A stretch of 64,000 nt of DNA from Microbacterium sp. (GTDB lineage: Bacteria; Actinomycetota; Actinomycetes; Actinomycetales; Microbacteriaceae), in contig NZ_WOYP01000084.1 of the NCBI RefSeq assembly GCF_011620715.1, positions 78,673-142,672 of the forward strand. Direction: 5' to 3'. Each line of letters starts with the position of its first letter. Position 1 is the stretch's first letter. The notes under the pieces are model-generated. The model had not been told where the DNA came from and ran no database searches. It saw only the letters and a list, made by a program, of their open reading frames with translations. A program made the translations under genes and the position numbers. This document shows, in pieces, positions 11,810-21,777 of the stretch.

Positions 11810-12592
11810 CTAGCTCGCGCCGAGCCAGGAACGGTCGGTGAGCACGATCGGACCGTCGTCGGTGACAGCGACGGTGTGCTCCACATGGGCCCCGCGCGAT
11901 CCGTCGGCGCTGCGCAGCGTCCAGCCGTCCGGGTCTGTGATCAGCTCATCCGTGGTCTCGAGGAACCACGGCTCCAGAGCGATCACCAGGCCCGGCCGCA
12001 GCGGATAGCCGCGGCCGGGCTTTCCGTCGTTGGGCACGTGCGGGTCTGCGTGCATGATGCGACCGACGCCGTGCCCCCCGAAATCGGTGTTGATCTCGTA
12101 GCCGTCGGCGTGCGCGACCTCGGCGATCGCATGCGAGATGTCGCCGATCCGCCGTCCCACGACGGCGGCCGAGATCGCGGCAGCCAGCGCCCGTTCGGCG
12201 GTGTCGATGATCGCCAGATCCTCGTCACGCGGCGTCCCGACGATGAACGAGACCGCGGAGTCGGCGACCCAGCCGTCGACCGACGCCGCGAGATCGAGCG
12301 AGACCAGATCGCCGTCCTTGAGCGCGTAGTCGAATGGGAGCCCGTGCAGCACGGCGTCGTTGACCGAGGTGCAGATGACCTTGCCGAAGGGGCGCGCGCC
12401 GAAGGAGGGGTGGTAGTCGATGTAGCACGATTCCGCGCCGGCGCGGCGGATCATCTCGTGTGCCCGCCGGTCGATCGCCAGCAGGTTCGTGCCGACCCGG
12501 GTCTCGTCGCGCAGCGTCGTGAGCGTTTCCGCCACGAACCGCCCCGCCGGGCGCATCGCATCGATCTCGGCGGGAGTGCGCAACTCGATCAT
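11810..12592 (-). CDS. map: Type I methionine aminopeptidase
   Basis: ICTSVNDAVLHGLP, DGWVADSA, GGHGVG, ALEP and AHVEHTV metal ligands. Confidence 0.93.
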   Translation of the reverse strand: MIELRTPAEIDAMRPAGRFVAETLTTLRDETRVGTNLLAIDRRAHEMIRRAGAESCYIDYHPSFGARPFGKVICTSVNDAVLHGLPFDYALKDGDLVSLDLAASVDGWVADSAVSFIVGTPRDEDLAIIDTAERALAAAISAAVVGRRIGDISHAIAEVAHADGYEINTDFGGHGVGRIMHADPHVPNDGKPGRGYPLRPGLVIALEPWFLETTDELITDPDGWTLRSADGSRGAHVEHTVAVTDDGPIVLTDRSWLGAS

Positions 12593-12701
12593 CCGGTTCC
12601 TTTCGTTCTCACCATTGTCTCTGATGGGGAGCCTGAGAAGATGCTCCGTCCTGCCGGAGAGCATCGTCCGAACGGGCCGGCACCGGCGTAACATCGAGGT
12701 T

Positions 12702-13190
12702 ATGTGGGTGCGTCGCGCGTTCTTCGGATGGTTGATTCCGGCCGCGTTCCTGCTTCCTCTGTGGCTGCTGATCGGATGGGGCGTGTTCAACGCCGGCGGC
12801 TGGGCGTTCCTCTGGGTTCTTTTCCTGGCGATCCCGTCCGTGTTCATCGGCCAGCTGATCCTGACGCTCCTCGTGCGCGCGCGTGGCACCGTGCGCGCGG
12901 AGCGCGCCGTGTCGTGGTGGGACGTGCTGGGTTTCACCGTCTGGCACGGCCTCACGATCTCGCTCGGCTTCTACGACCAGGCGTGGTGGGCGCCGGTCAT
13001 GGTTCTGACGATCATCGTCGGTCTCGCGCTGTTCTGGCTCGAACTCGCCCAGCTGTGGCGCGAGGCGAAGCCCTCCGCCATCCTGATGCGCACGACCGAG
13101 GGGATCGGCTACATCCCCGCGCAGGCTGCTCGGCCCACCCAGACCGAAGGCGACGTCATCGTCATCACCGAACGGCCTCCCGTGGTCTGA
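12702..13190 (+). CDS. Conserved membrane protein (about 4 TM), function unknown
   Basis: Four hydrophobic segments, GC3-biased codons, and a leaderless-type TAACAT 7 nt before the ATG. Confidence 0.75.
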   Translation: MWVRRAFFGWLIPAAFLLPLWLLIGWGVFNAGGWAFLWVLFLAIPSVFIGQLILTLLVRARGTVRAERAVSWWDVLGFTVWHGLTISLGFYDQAWWAPVMVLTIIVGLALFWLELAQLWREAKPSAILMRTTEGIGYIPAQAARPTQTEGDVIVITERPPVV

Positions 13191-13354
13191 GACCGTTTTG
13201 GCGGTCCGCCGCATTCGTGGCACACTGGATCTTTGTGTCCTGACCAGGTTCTGCCTCAGGGGAGCCGGCTCTCAGACGTACGGTCGATGGCCTCGGACAC
13301 GCACCTTCCTTTCCCACCAGTACCGCGGTCGACCTGTGGCGGCCGCAGAGAGCA

Positions 13355-13708
13355 ATGATCATGCAGATCCTCGACTCCGTCGACGCAGCCTCGCTCCGTT
13401 CCGACATTCCCGCCTTCGGCGCCGGCGACACCGTCAAGGTGCACGTCAACATCACCGAGGGCAACCGCTCCCGCATCCAGGTCTTCCAGGGCGTCGTCAT
13501 CCGCCGCTCCGGCGACGGTGTGCGCGAGACCTTCACGGTCCGCAAGATCAGCTTCCAGGTCGGCGTGGAGCGCACGTTCCCCGTCCACAGCCCGGTGATC
13601 GACCACATCGAGGTCGTCACCCGCGGCGACGTGCGCCGCGCGAAGCTCTACTACCTGCGCAACCTCCGTGGCAAGAAGGCCAAGATCAAGGAGAAGCGCG
13701 ACAACTGA
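13355..13708 (+). CDS. rplS: 50S ribosomal protein L19
   Basis: [26 protein letters not shown] and [12 protein letters not shown]. Confidence 0.98.
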   Translation: MIMQILDSVDAASLRSDIPAFGAGDTVKVHVNITEGNRSRIQVFQGVVIRRSGDGVRETFTVRKISFQVGVERTFPVHSPVIDHIEVVTRGDVRRAKLYYLRNLRGKKAKIKEKRDN

Positions 13709-13719
13709 CGCTATTGCCC

Positions 13720-13760
13720 CGAAACCCCGGTGCCCTTCGGCCCGGGGTTTCGTCGTTTTC
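13720..13760 (+). terminator. Intrinsic terminator after rplS
   Basis: CGAAACCCCGG / CCGGGGTTTCG 11-bp stem followed by TCGTTTT. Confidence 0.75.
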
Positions 13761-13829
13761 GCAGGTCCGGATGTGCGACCCTTGAGGCAGCGGTGCGCTC
13801 ACGTGCGGCGAGCCCGCAGAAGGATCCGA

Positions 13830-14609
13830 ATGTCGACCGAGCAGCAGGCGCCCGCGACGCCGGCGCCCTCGTCGCGAGCGAGGCTGAATTCCGGCCGAGA
13901 CCGCCGGCACGGGTGGCTGTCGTTCCTGCGCGACGTGATCATCATCGTGCTGGTCGCTGTGCTGGTCTCGTTCCTGGTCAAGACGTTCCTGGTGCGCTCG
14001 TTCTACATCCCCTCCGGGTCGATGGAGAGCACGCTCATGGTCGACGACCGCATCCTGGTCGACGAGATCACGCCGCGCTTCGGCGGCTACGAGCGCGGCG
14101 ACATCGTCGTCTTCCGCGACCCGGGCGGCTGGCTCCCGGTGCGCATCGATCCGCCCCGCTCGCCGCTGGTCGAAGGCGCGGAATGGATGCTGTCCCTCGT
14201 CGGACTGTCCGCGCCGGACAGTGACGACCACCTGGTCAAACGCATCATCGGGATGCCGGGAGATCATGTCGTGTGCTGCAACGCGATCGGTCAGATCACC
14301 GTCAACGACGTGCCGATCGACGAGAGCGACTACCTCAAGCTTCCGAATGCCGACAGTCCGGCATCCGCCGACGACTTCGACGTCGTGGTGCCGGCGGACC
14401 GGCTCTGGGTGCTCGGCGACAACCGGTACTCGTCGAAGGACTCCCGCTACAACACCGACCAGCCCGGCAAGGGGTTCGTGCCGGTGGAGAACATCGTCGG
14501 CCGCGCATTCCTGATCACCTGGCCCTTCAACCGGTTCGGGATCCTGGACTTCCACCACGAGGTGTTCGCCGGGGTTGCCGAGCCCACCTCCGAGCCAGTT
14601 TCGAAATGA
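13830..14609 (+). CDS. lepB: Signal peptidase I
   Basis: FYIPSGSME (catalytic Ser), LVKRIIG (catalytic Lys) and LGDNRYSSKDSR. Confidence 0.95.
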   Translation: MSTEQQAPATPAPSSRARLNSGRDRRHGWLSFLRDVIIIVLVAVLVSFLVKTFLVRSFYIPSGSMESTLMVDDRILVDEITPRFGGYERGDIVVFRDPGGWLPVRIDPPRSPLVEGAEWMLSLVGLSAPDSDDHLVKRIIGMPGDHVVCCNAIGQITVNDVPIDESDYLKLPNADSPASADDFDVVVPADRLWVLGDNRYSSKDSRYNTDQPGKGFVPVENIVGRAFLITWPFNRFGILDFHHEVFAGVAEPTSEPVSK

Positions 14610-15265
14610 AGGTCGCCGAGCCTCGCCTCACGCTCGAGCGGCGCCTGCTGCAGGACCACGCGGTCCTGATCGCGTGCGACGAGGTCGGGCGGGGCGCCCT
14701 CGCCGGTCCGGTGGCGGTCGGCGCGGTCGTGATCGACGCGCCGCGCGCACGCAAGCGCGTGCCCCAGGGCCTGCGCGACTCCAAGCTGGTGCCGGAGCCT
14801 CGGCGCGCCGAAGTGGCTGCCCGTGCGGCCTCATGGGTGTCGGCGAGCGCGGTCGGCTGGGCCAGTTCGGTCGAGATCGACGAGATCGGCATCATGCGCG
14901 CACTCGGCCTGGCGACGATGCGCGCCATGGCCGACCTGCGCGCGCACGGCATCGTGCCCGAAGAGGCCATCGTCGTGCTCGACGGCAACTACGACTACAT
15001 CACCCCCGCGGGGGGCACCGGCCTCACGATCCGGCCCGTGATCAAGGCGGATCGCGACTGCGCGAGCGCGGCCGCGGCATCCGTCATCGCCAAGGTCGCC
15101 CGCGACGCGCTCATGACCGAGCTGCACGAAGAGGCGCCCGCGTACAACTGGGCGCGCAACAAGGGCTATGCCAGCCCCGACCACAGGGACGCGATCCTCG
15201 AGCACGGGATAAGCCGTCACCACCGGGCTTCCTGGTCGTTCATCGGCTCGCCGTCGCTGTTCTGA
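14606..15265 (+). CDS. rnhB: Ribonuclease HII
   Basis: ACDEVGRGALAGPV, LRDSK, VLDG, KAD and AAASVIAKVARD. Confidence 0.95.
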   Translation: MKVAEPRLTLERRLLQDHAVLIACDEVGRGALAGPVAVGAVVIDAPRARKRVPQGLRDSKLVPEPRRAEVAARAASWVSASAVGWASSVEIDEIGIMRALGLATMRAMADLRAHGIVPEEAIVVLDGNYDYITPAGGTGLTIRPVIKADRDCASAAAASVIAKVARDALMTELHEEAPAYNWARNKGYASPDHRDAILEHGISRHHRASWSFIGSPSLF

Positions 15266-15282
15266 CGCAGCGGCGGGGCCAC

Positions 15283-15606
15283 TCAGGAATCGAGCGAGAG
15301 CTCCTCGGGAAGGTGGAAGTCGCGGCGGGAGAGCTCCTCGACGTTGACGTCCTTGAACGTGAGCACCCGCACGGACTTCACGAAGCGGTCGGCCCGGTAG
15401 ATGTCCCAGACCCACACGTCGGTCATGGTGATCTCGAAGTAGAAGTCGTGCTCGGTGTCGCGCCGCACGACGTTGACCTCGTTGGCCAGGTAGAACCTGC
15501 GCTCGGTCTCGATCACATACTGGAACTGCGCGACGACGTCGCGGTACTCGCGGTAGAGGGCGAGCTCCAGTTCGCGGTCGTAGTCTTCGAAGACGTCGTC
15601 ATCCAT
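15283..15606 (-). CDS. DUF2469 family protein
   Basis: ELELALYREYRDVV...ETERRFYLAN and WVWDIYR..RFVKSVRVLTFKDVNVEEL; typical actinobacterial position. Confidence 0.9.
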   Translation of the reverse strand: MDDDVFEDYDRELELALYREYRDVVAQFQYVIETERRFYLANEVNVVRRDTEHDFYFEITMTDVWVWDIYRADRFVKSVRVLTFKDVNVEELSRRDFHLPEELSLDS

Positions 15607-15736
15607 GGTCTTCCCATCCTAGAGTCGCGCGCTCGATCCCGCTCCCGACTCCTCCCCAGGCGGCGACGACGGCCACTTGTTCAGCGGTCGGCGACAGCAC
15701 CGCCCGCGGCCTCGCACCGAGCGGCACGATGCCTTC

Positions 15737-16099
15737 ATGGCAGCGAAGGATGTGCTCGGGCGTGCGGGCGAAGAGCGTGCGGCGCGATACCTCGAGCAGT
15801 GCGGATACGCGGTGCTCGATCGCAACTGGCGCATCAGCGAAGGTGAGATCGACCTGGTCGTCGCCCGGCGCGGCGAACTGGTCATCGTCGAGGTCAAAAC
15901 GCGCCGCGGCGAGGCGTACGGACACCCGTTCGAGGCGATCGACGGGCGCAAGCGATCGCGGCTGTGGCGGCTGGCCGTAGCCTGGATCGCGGCGCACCCG
16001 GGCGAGGCGCAGGGGCGGCGATTGCGACTGGACGCGATCGCGATCATCGGTCCCGACCCCGCCACCGGCGCGCTCGAGCATCTCGAGGACCTGCGATGA
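15737..16099 (+). CDS. yraN: YraN family (UPF0102) nuclease-like protein
   Basis: GRAGEERAA, RNWR, GEIDLV and VEVKTR. Confidence 0.92.
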   Translation: MAAKDVLGRAGEERAARYLEQCGYAVLDRNWRISEGEIDLVVARRGELVIVEVKTRRGEAYGHPFEAIDGRKRSRLWRLAVAWIAAHPGEAQGRRLRLDAIAIIGPDPATGALEHLEDLR

Positions 16100-17625
16100 C
16101 GACGGCGCGGACCTGGGCGATCGCGCTCACCGGACTGGACGGCGCACTCGTCGAGGTCGAGGCCGACCTGTCCAACCAGCAGCCCGAATTCCGCATCATC
16201 GGACTCGCCGACAAGGCGCTCGGCGAAGCCGTGCAGCGCGTGCACAACGCGAGCGCGAACTGCGGCCTCGCTCTGCCTCGCCGCCGGCTCACCGTCAATC
16301 TGTCGCCGGCCAGCCTGCCCAAACACGGCTCTTCCTTCGATGTGGCGATCGCGATCGCCGCGCTCGCGACAGAAGGAAGTATGGATGCCGTCTCCATCGC
16401 CGAGACCGTCCACATCGGCGAGCTCGGGCTCGACGGCCGCCTGCGGCCCGTGCCGGGGGTGCTCCCCGCGGTGATGGCGGCGGCGAGAGAGGGCAAGCGC
16501 CGCGTGATCGTGCCGCTCGCCAACGAGGCCGAGGCATCGCTGGTCGAGGGGATCGAGGTGATCGGGGCCGTCTCGCTCGGCGATGTGGCTCGCCGGCACG
16601 GCGCAGACGTCGAAGAGCGGCCCCTCGACCCGGTTCCGGCACCGTCTGTCCAGACGGCCGACAACGGCGTAGCCGAGCTCGGCGAGGTCATCGGCCAGCG
16701 CGATGCCGTGGACGCCCTCATCGCGGCCGCAGCGGGCGGCCATCACATGCTGATGAGCGGGCCGCCCGGTGCGGGCAAGACGATGCTCGCGAGCAGGCTG
16801 CCCGGCATCCTTCCGGAACTGGACGACGCCGAGGCACTCGAAGTCGCTTCGATCCGGTCGCTGTGCGGGCAGGCGGTCGGCACACTCGTGCGTCGTCCTC
16901 CGTTCGAGGCGCCGCACCACAGTGCGAGCATCGCGGCGCTCGTCGGCGGCGGCTCCCGCGTGCTGCGTCCGGGCGCGATCGCGCGCGCCACGCATGGGGT
17001 GCTCTTTCTCGACGAGGTCGGCGAGTTCAACCCGAGCGTGCTGGATGCCCTGCGCCAGCCGCTGGAGAAGGGCGAGATCACGATCCATCGGGCCGGTGTC
17101 ACGGCATCCTTTCCCGCCTCGTTCCAGCTGATCCTGGCCACGAACCCGTGCCCGTGCGGCAACTATGGCGTGCGGGGCGGCAGCTGCGTCTGCCCACCGA
17201 TCGCGATCCGGCGCTACCTCGGGCGCCTGTCCGGACCGCTGCTGGACCGCGTCGACATCGAGCTCGGGCTCTCGCGCGTCTCGGTCGCCCACGCGGCCGA
17301 CCTTGCTGCCGGGATCGTCACCACCGCTGACGCGGCGGCGCGTGTCGCCGAGGCTCGCGACCGGGCGGCCCACCGCCTGCGGGCGACACCGTGGCGCCTC
17401 AACGCGCGCGTCTCGGGGCCGTGGCTGCGCGACGGACCGCTCGCCCTCGCCCCCGTCGTTCGCCGGCCCCTCGACGCGGCCCTGCACCGCGGCTCGCTCA
17501 CTCTGCGCGGCTATGACCGTGTCCTGCGGGTGGCGTGGACCTTGAGCGATCTGGCCGCACGAGCGAGCCCGACAGTCTCGGACATCGGCCGCGCACTTTT
17601 CATGAAGAAGGGCATCACGACATGA
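16096..17625 (+). CDS. comM: YifB/ComM family Mg-chelatase-like AAA+ ATPase
   Basis: TVNLSPASLPKHG, GPPGAGKTM Walker A, LFLDE Walker B, NPCPCG and LLDRVDI. Confidence 0.92.
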   Translation: MTTARTWAIALTGLDGALVEVEADLSNQQPEFRIIGLADKALGEAVQRVHNASANCGLALPRRRLTVNLSPASLPKHGSSFDVAIAIAALATEGSMDAVSIAETVHIGELGLDGRLRPVPGVLPAVMAAAREGKRRVIVPLANEAEASLVEGIEVIGAVSLGDVARRHGADVEERPLDPVPAPSVQTADNGVAELGEVIGQRDAVDALIAAAAGGHHMLMSGPPGAGKTMLASRLPGILPELDDAEALEVASIRSLCGQAVGTLVRRPPFEAPHHSASIAALVGGGSRVLRPGAIARATHGVLFLDEVGEFNPSVLDALRQPLEKGEITIHRAGVTASFPASFQLILATNPCPCGNYGVRGGSCVCPPIAIRRYLGRLSGPLLDRVDIELGLSRVSVAHAADLAAGIVTTADAAARVAEARDRAAHRLRATPWRLNARVSGPWLRDGPLALAPVVRRPLDAALHRGSLTLRGYDRVLRVAWTLSDLAARASPTVSDIGRALFMKKGITT

Positions 17626-18848
17626 AGGACTTCCTTCCCCCGCCCGCGCACGCGCGGGATCTGCTCGCGCCGCTCGTTCGCGGCGACCTCGACGATGAGC
17701 AGGCGCGACGTCTGTACGCCGCGCACACATGGGGCTGTCTCGTCGAGCCGGGAGACGGCCTGGCCGGACGCCTGGTCGCGGCTATCGGGCCTGAGGCGGC
17801 GCTGGCCGAGGTGATCAGCGGGGGTCGAGACGGCGGGGCTCTGGATGCCGTGGAGATCACCGTGAAGGAGTGGGCCGAGGGGCTCGAGCGATGGCGGCCC
17901 CGGCTCCGGGCGGGAGCCGTGCGCGAAGCGCTCGAGGTCGCCCGACGCGTCGGTCTGTCGCTCCTGACTCCTGAGGATCCCGCCTGGCCGGCGTCGCTGG
18001 CCGATCTGGGCCCACACGCTCCGCTGGTGCTCTGGGTCCGCGGAGACGTCGGGGCACTCACGCGATCGTCACGCTCGGTCGCGCTGGTGGGTGCGCGCGC
18101 CGCGACCAGCTACGGCGAGCACATCGCGATCGAGTTGGCGGCCGACCTCGCCGGCCACGGCGTGTCGATCGTCTCCGGCGCCGCCTACGGAATCGACGGC
18201 GCAGCGCATCGCGCCGCGCTGACGGTGGGCGGGACGACGATCGCGCTGCTTGCCGGCGGCGGCGACCGCCCCTACCCCGCCGGTCACGGCCAGCTTCTCG
18301 AGCGGATCGCGACCACCGGAGCGGTTGTCAGCGAAGTGCCGTGCGGAACCCCGCCGACGAAGTGGCGCTTCCTTGCGCGAAACCGCCTGATCGCAGCAAT
18401 GTCGGATGCAACTGTGGTGGTCGAAGCGGGGTGGCGCAGCGGCTCGCTCAATACCGCCGGGCATGCGGCGACGCTCGCCCGACCGCTCGGTGCCGTGCCC
18501 GGACCGGTCACCAGCGCGGCATCGGCCGGATGCCATCGACTTCTGCGGGAGTTCGATGCGCGCTGCGTCACGAACGCCGACGAGGTGCTCGAACTGCTCG
18601 GCGCGTCGCCGCAGACCCTCTTCGACATGCCGATCGACTCGACCGCCCAGGCGCGCACGGACGACACGACACGGGTGCTGGATGCGATGAGCTTCCGATC
18701 GTGGCGGCCGCCGACCGAGATCGCCCGCCGATCCGGCCTGGCGTCGACGGAGGTGACCGGAATTCTGGGACTGCTCGCGCTCGAAGGAGCCGTCATCCGC
18801 GGTGAGGACGGATGGCGCCGTGCCCGCGGGGGAGTGCCGGTGGACTGA
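17622..18848 (+). CDS. dprA: DNA-processing protein DprA/Smf
   Basis: VALVGARAATSYG, VSGAAYGIDGAAH, FLARNRLIA and RSGSLNTA. Confidence 0.95.
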   Translation: MKDFLPPPAHARDLLAPLVRGDLDDEQARRLYAAHTWGCLVEPGDGLAGRLVAAIGPEAALAEVISGGRDGGALDAVEITVKEWAEGLERWRPRLRAGAVREALEVARRVGLSLLTPEDPAWPASLADLGPHAPLVLWVRGDVGALTRSSRSVALVGARAATSYGEHIAIELAADLAGHGVSIVSGAAYGIDGAAHRAALTVGGTTIALLAGGGDRPYPAGHGQLLERIATTGAVVSEVPCGTPPTKWRFLARNRLIAAMSDATVVVEAGWRSGSLNTAGHAATLARPLGAVPGPVTSAASAGCHRLLREFDARCVTNADEVLELLGASPQTLFDMPIDSTAQARTDDTTRVLDAMSFRSWRPPTEIARRSGLASTEVTGILGLLALEGAVIRGEDGWRRARGGVPVD

Positions 18849-18899
18849 ACGCCCGTGCGCCGCCGCCCCGAGCGCGTCGCCTGCAGGCATGCTGGGGGA

Positions 18900-19808
18900 A
18901 TGGACCTCGACCGGGCGGCCGGCGCGTACGCGGAGCACCTCGCACGCGTTCGGCGTCTCTCGCCGGCGACGGTGCGCGCATATCGGGCCGATCTGCGCGA
19001 CCTGTCGGCCACCGTTCCGCAGGCGCAGCTGGCCGATATCGACCTCGAGGCGCTGCGCGAGTGGCTGTGGGGCGCGACCCAGCGCGGGGACGCACGCTCG
19101 ACACTCGCCCGCCGCACGGCGGCCGCGCGAGGATTTTTTCGATGGGCCACGGAGGAGGGCCTGGTCGACACGGACCCGAGCCTGAGACTTGTCGCCCCCA
19201 AACGCGGCCGCACACTCCCCAGAGTCGCCACCGCGGAGGGGGTACGCGGCATGCTCGAGGACCTGGCCGAACGCGCCGCGCCGGGGGATCCGGTCCTGCT
19301 GCGCGACCACGCGATGCTCGAAGTCCTGTACGCCGCCGCGGTGCGCGCATCCGAGCTGACCGGTCTCGACCGAGACGACATCGACCTCGACCGGGCCACG
19401 CTGCGGGTGCTCGGAAAGGGGTCGAAGGAGCGCGTGGTCCCGTTCGGCGTGCCCGCGCGGCGCGCCGTCGAGGCCTACCTCTCGCGCGGCCGTCCGGCGC
19501 TGGTGGCGCGGGCCGCCGGGGCGCAGCCCGGACCGGCGCTGTTCCTCGGCATCCGCGGGGCGCGGATCGCGCCGCGCGCCGTGTACGACGTCGTCGCCCG
19601 GGAACTGGGAGCCGTGCTGGGCACTTCTGCCGTGGGCGCGCACGCCTTGCGTCACTCCGCGGCCACCCACCTTCTCGACGGAGGGGCCGACCTTCGCGCC
19701 GTCCAGGAGATGCTCGGCCATGCCAGCCTGGGCACCACGCAGATCTACACGCACGTCTCTTCCGAGCGACTGGCCGCAACCTACCAGCTCGCGCACCCGC
19801 GCGCCTGA
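18900..19808 (+). CDS. xerC: Tyrosine recombinase XerC
   Basis: R (AVRASEL), K (GKGSKER), HALRH and LGHA...TTQIYTH catalytic motifs; conserved position after dprA. Confidence 0.88.
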   Translation: MDLDRAAGAYAEHLARVRRLSPATVRAYRADLRDLSATVPQAQLADIDLEALREWLWGATQRGDARSTLARRTAAARGFFRWATEEGLVDTDPSLRLVAPKRGRTLPRVATAEGVRGMLEDLAERAAPGDPVLLRDHAMLEVLYAAAVRASELTGLDRDDIDLDRATLRVLGKGSKERVVPFGVPARRAVEAYLSRGRPALVARAAGAQPGPALFLGIRGARIAPRAVYDVVARELGAVLGTSAVGAHALRHSAATHLLDGGADLRAVQEMLGHASLGTTQIYTHVSSERLAATYQLAHPRA

Positions 19809-19814
19809 GCCGCC

Positions 19815-20378
19815 TCAGGTGCAGCAGGGGAGCAGCACCGCCCGGGGAAGGCCACCCAGCAGCAGCATCGGGTTGATGTACGCGCCGTCCAGCCGCACGC
19901 CGAAGTGCAGCGTGCCGGGCACCGCGTGCCCGCCGACGCCGAGGGTGGCGACGTCCTCGCCCGCGGAAACGGGGGCTCCCGGCACCTGCGCGGTGATCAC
20001 CGGCTCGAGAGTGGTCACCAGCCCGTCGCCGTGATCGATCGTCAGGATGCCGCGGCCGGCGACGCTGCCTGCGAAGGCGACGACCCCGTCTGCCGGCGCG
20101 CGCACGACGGAAGCGCCCAGAAGGTCCAGATCGATCCCGCGGTGACCCGGGCCATACTCATGGGCCGGGGAGACGTAGGCGCGCGCGAGGCGGAACCGCT
20201 CGACGGGCCACACCCACCCCCGCCCTGTGAGGTCCACGCCGGACTGCGTGCCGGACGTCGAACCGGTCGCGGAGACAGCTGCGGCCGGCGGCGCCGTGAG
20301 GCACAGCAGCACCGCGAGTCCGACCCCTGCCGCTGTGCGACGGAACCGGGCCGAAAGGCGAACGACGGAGGACGGCAT
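19815..20378 (-). CDS. Secreted M23 family metallopeptidase
   Basis: Signal peptide, HRGID and LHFGVR (HxH) motifs; conserved position upstream of rpsB. Confidence 0.85.
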   Translation of the reverse strand: MPSSVVRLSARFRRTAAGVGLAVLLCLTAPPAAAVSATGSTSGTQSGVDLTGRGWVWPVERFRLARAYVSPAHEYGPGHRGIDLDLLGASVVRAPADGVVAFAGSVAGRGILTIDHGDGLVTTLEPVITAQVPGAPVSAGEDVATLGVGGHAVPGTLHFGVRLDGAYINPMLLLGGLPRAVLLPCCT

Positions 20379-20694
20379 CCGTTCAGCATCTCGCGGGCGT
20401 CTCCTCGGCGGCGGTGACCGAGACGCGCGGGGGAGAACGCGCCTTCGCCGATCGCTGGGGAGGAGAGTCGGCTGGTACACTGGAGGAACACCTCGCTCGT
20501 CGGGGTGAATACGCGTGCCCAGAGTGCGTCCGAGAGCCCCCGGCTCATGGACGCGCGGCATCCACCCCCACCGGTCTCACGGAGCGAATCGCTCAGGAGC
20601 GGGAGTGCGCCGGGCGCCAGGCCCGCCGACCGAACGGTCAGGCGAAACACAACCGCAAGCGGCGCTTCCGGGCGTCGAGAACAGGAGAACGGCC

Positions 20695-21684
20695 ATGGCC
20701 GTCGTCACCATTCGCCAGCTGCTGGACAGCGGCGTTCACTTCGGACACCAGACGCGCCGGTGGAACCCGAAGGTCAAGCGCTTCATCCTCACCGAGCGAA
20801 GCGGCATCCACATCATCGACCTGCAGCAGTCGCTGAGCTACATCGACAAGGCGTACGAGTTCGTCAAGGAGACGGTCGCCCACGGCGGCACGGTCCTGTT
20901 CGTCGGCACGAAGAAGCAGGCCCAGGAGATCATCGCCGAGCAGGCGACCCGCGTCGGCCAGCCCTACGTCAACCAGCGCTGGCTCGGTGGCCTCCTCACG
21001 AACTTCCAGACGGTCTCCAAGCGCCTCGCCCGCATGAAGGAGCTTGAGGAGCTCGACTACGAGAACCCTGCCGACAGCGGGTTCACCAAGAAGGAGCTGC
21101 TGCTCAAGAAGCGCGAGCTCGACAAGCTGCACAAGTCACTCGGCGGCATCCGGAACATGTCGAAGACGCCCTCCGCGATCTGGGTCGTCGACGCCAAGCG
21201 CGAGCACCTCGCGGTCAATGAGGCCACCAAGCTCGGCATCCCGATCATCGGCATCCTCGACACGAACGCCGACCCCGACGAATTCCAGTACCCGATCCCC
21301 GGCAACGATGACGCGATCCGCTCGGTGGGCCTGCTCACCCGGATCATCGCCGACGCCGCCGCCGAGGGCCTCATCCAGCGCCACAACCCGACCGACGAGT
21401 CGGCCGAGGCCGCCGAGCCGCTGGCCGACTGGGAGCGCGAACTGCTCGAGCAGGGCGCCGCCGAAGACGTCGCCGAGGCTGTTGCCGAAGCGGTCGTCGA
21501 GGCCGAAGCCGCCGAGGGCGCGGAGGTTATCGAGGTCGACGTCGTCGAGATCGTCACCGAGACCGAGACGGCCGATGGCGTCGAGGTCGATGTCGAGGTC
21601 GTCGAGGTGGATGTCGTCACCGAGACCGCGGACGGCGTCGAGATCGATGTCATCGAGGTCGCCGACGAAGATTCCGCCAAGTAA
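20695..21684 (+). CDS. rpsB: 30S ribosomal protein S2 with long acidic C-terminal extension
   Basis: [23 protein letters not shown] and [18 protein letters not shown]. Confidence 0.98.
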   Translation: MAVVTIRQLLDSGVHFGHQTRRWNPKVKRFILTERSGIHIIDLQQSLSYIDKAYEFVKETVAHGGTVLFVGTKKQAQEIIAEQATRVGQPYVNQRWLGGLLTNFQTVSKRLARMKELEELDYENPADSGFTKKELLLKKRELDKLHKSLGGIRNMSKTPSAIWVVDAKREHLAVNEATKLGIPIIGILDTNADPDEFQYPIPGNDDAIRSVGLLTRIIADAAAEGLIQRHNPTDESAEAAEPLADWERELLEQGAAEDVAEAVAEAVVEAEAAEGAEVIEVDVVEIVTETETADGVEVDVEVVEVDVVTETADGVEIDVIEVADEDSAK

Positions 21685-21704
21685 CAGACCCGACTGAAGG
21701 CACG

Positions 21705-21737
21705 CTCGGCGGGGTCGTTCTGCACGACCCCGCCGAG
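21705..21737 (+). terminator. Strong intercistronic hairpin between rpsB and tsf
   Basis: CTCGGCGGGGTCGT-tctgc-ACGACCCCGCCGAG, a 14-bp perfect stem with no U-tract. Confidence 0.6.
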
Positions 21738-21777
21738 CCATTCCCCTGAACTCATCACAATCAAGGAGCCGCCGAAC

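Noticed and set aside
18900-19808. Tyrosine recombinase as an integrase of a mobile element
   Set aside because: It sits in the conserved yraN-comM-dprA-xerC-M23-rpsB context with no att repeats, cargo or compositional shift, so it is housekeeping XerC.
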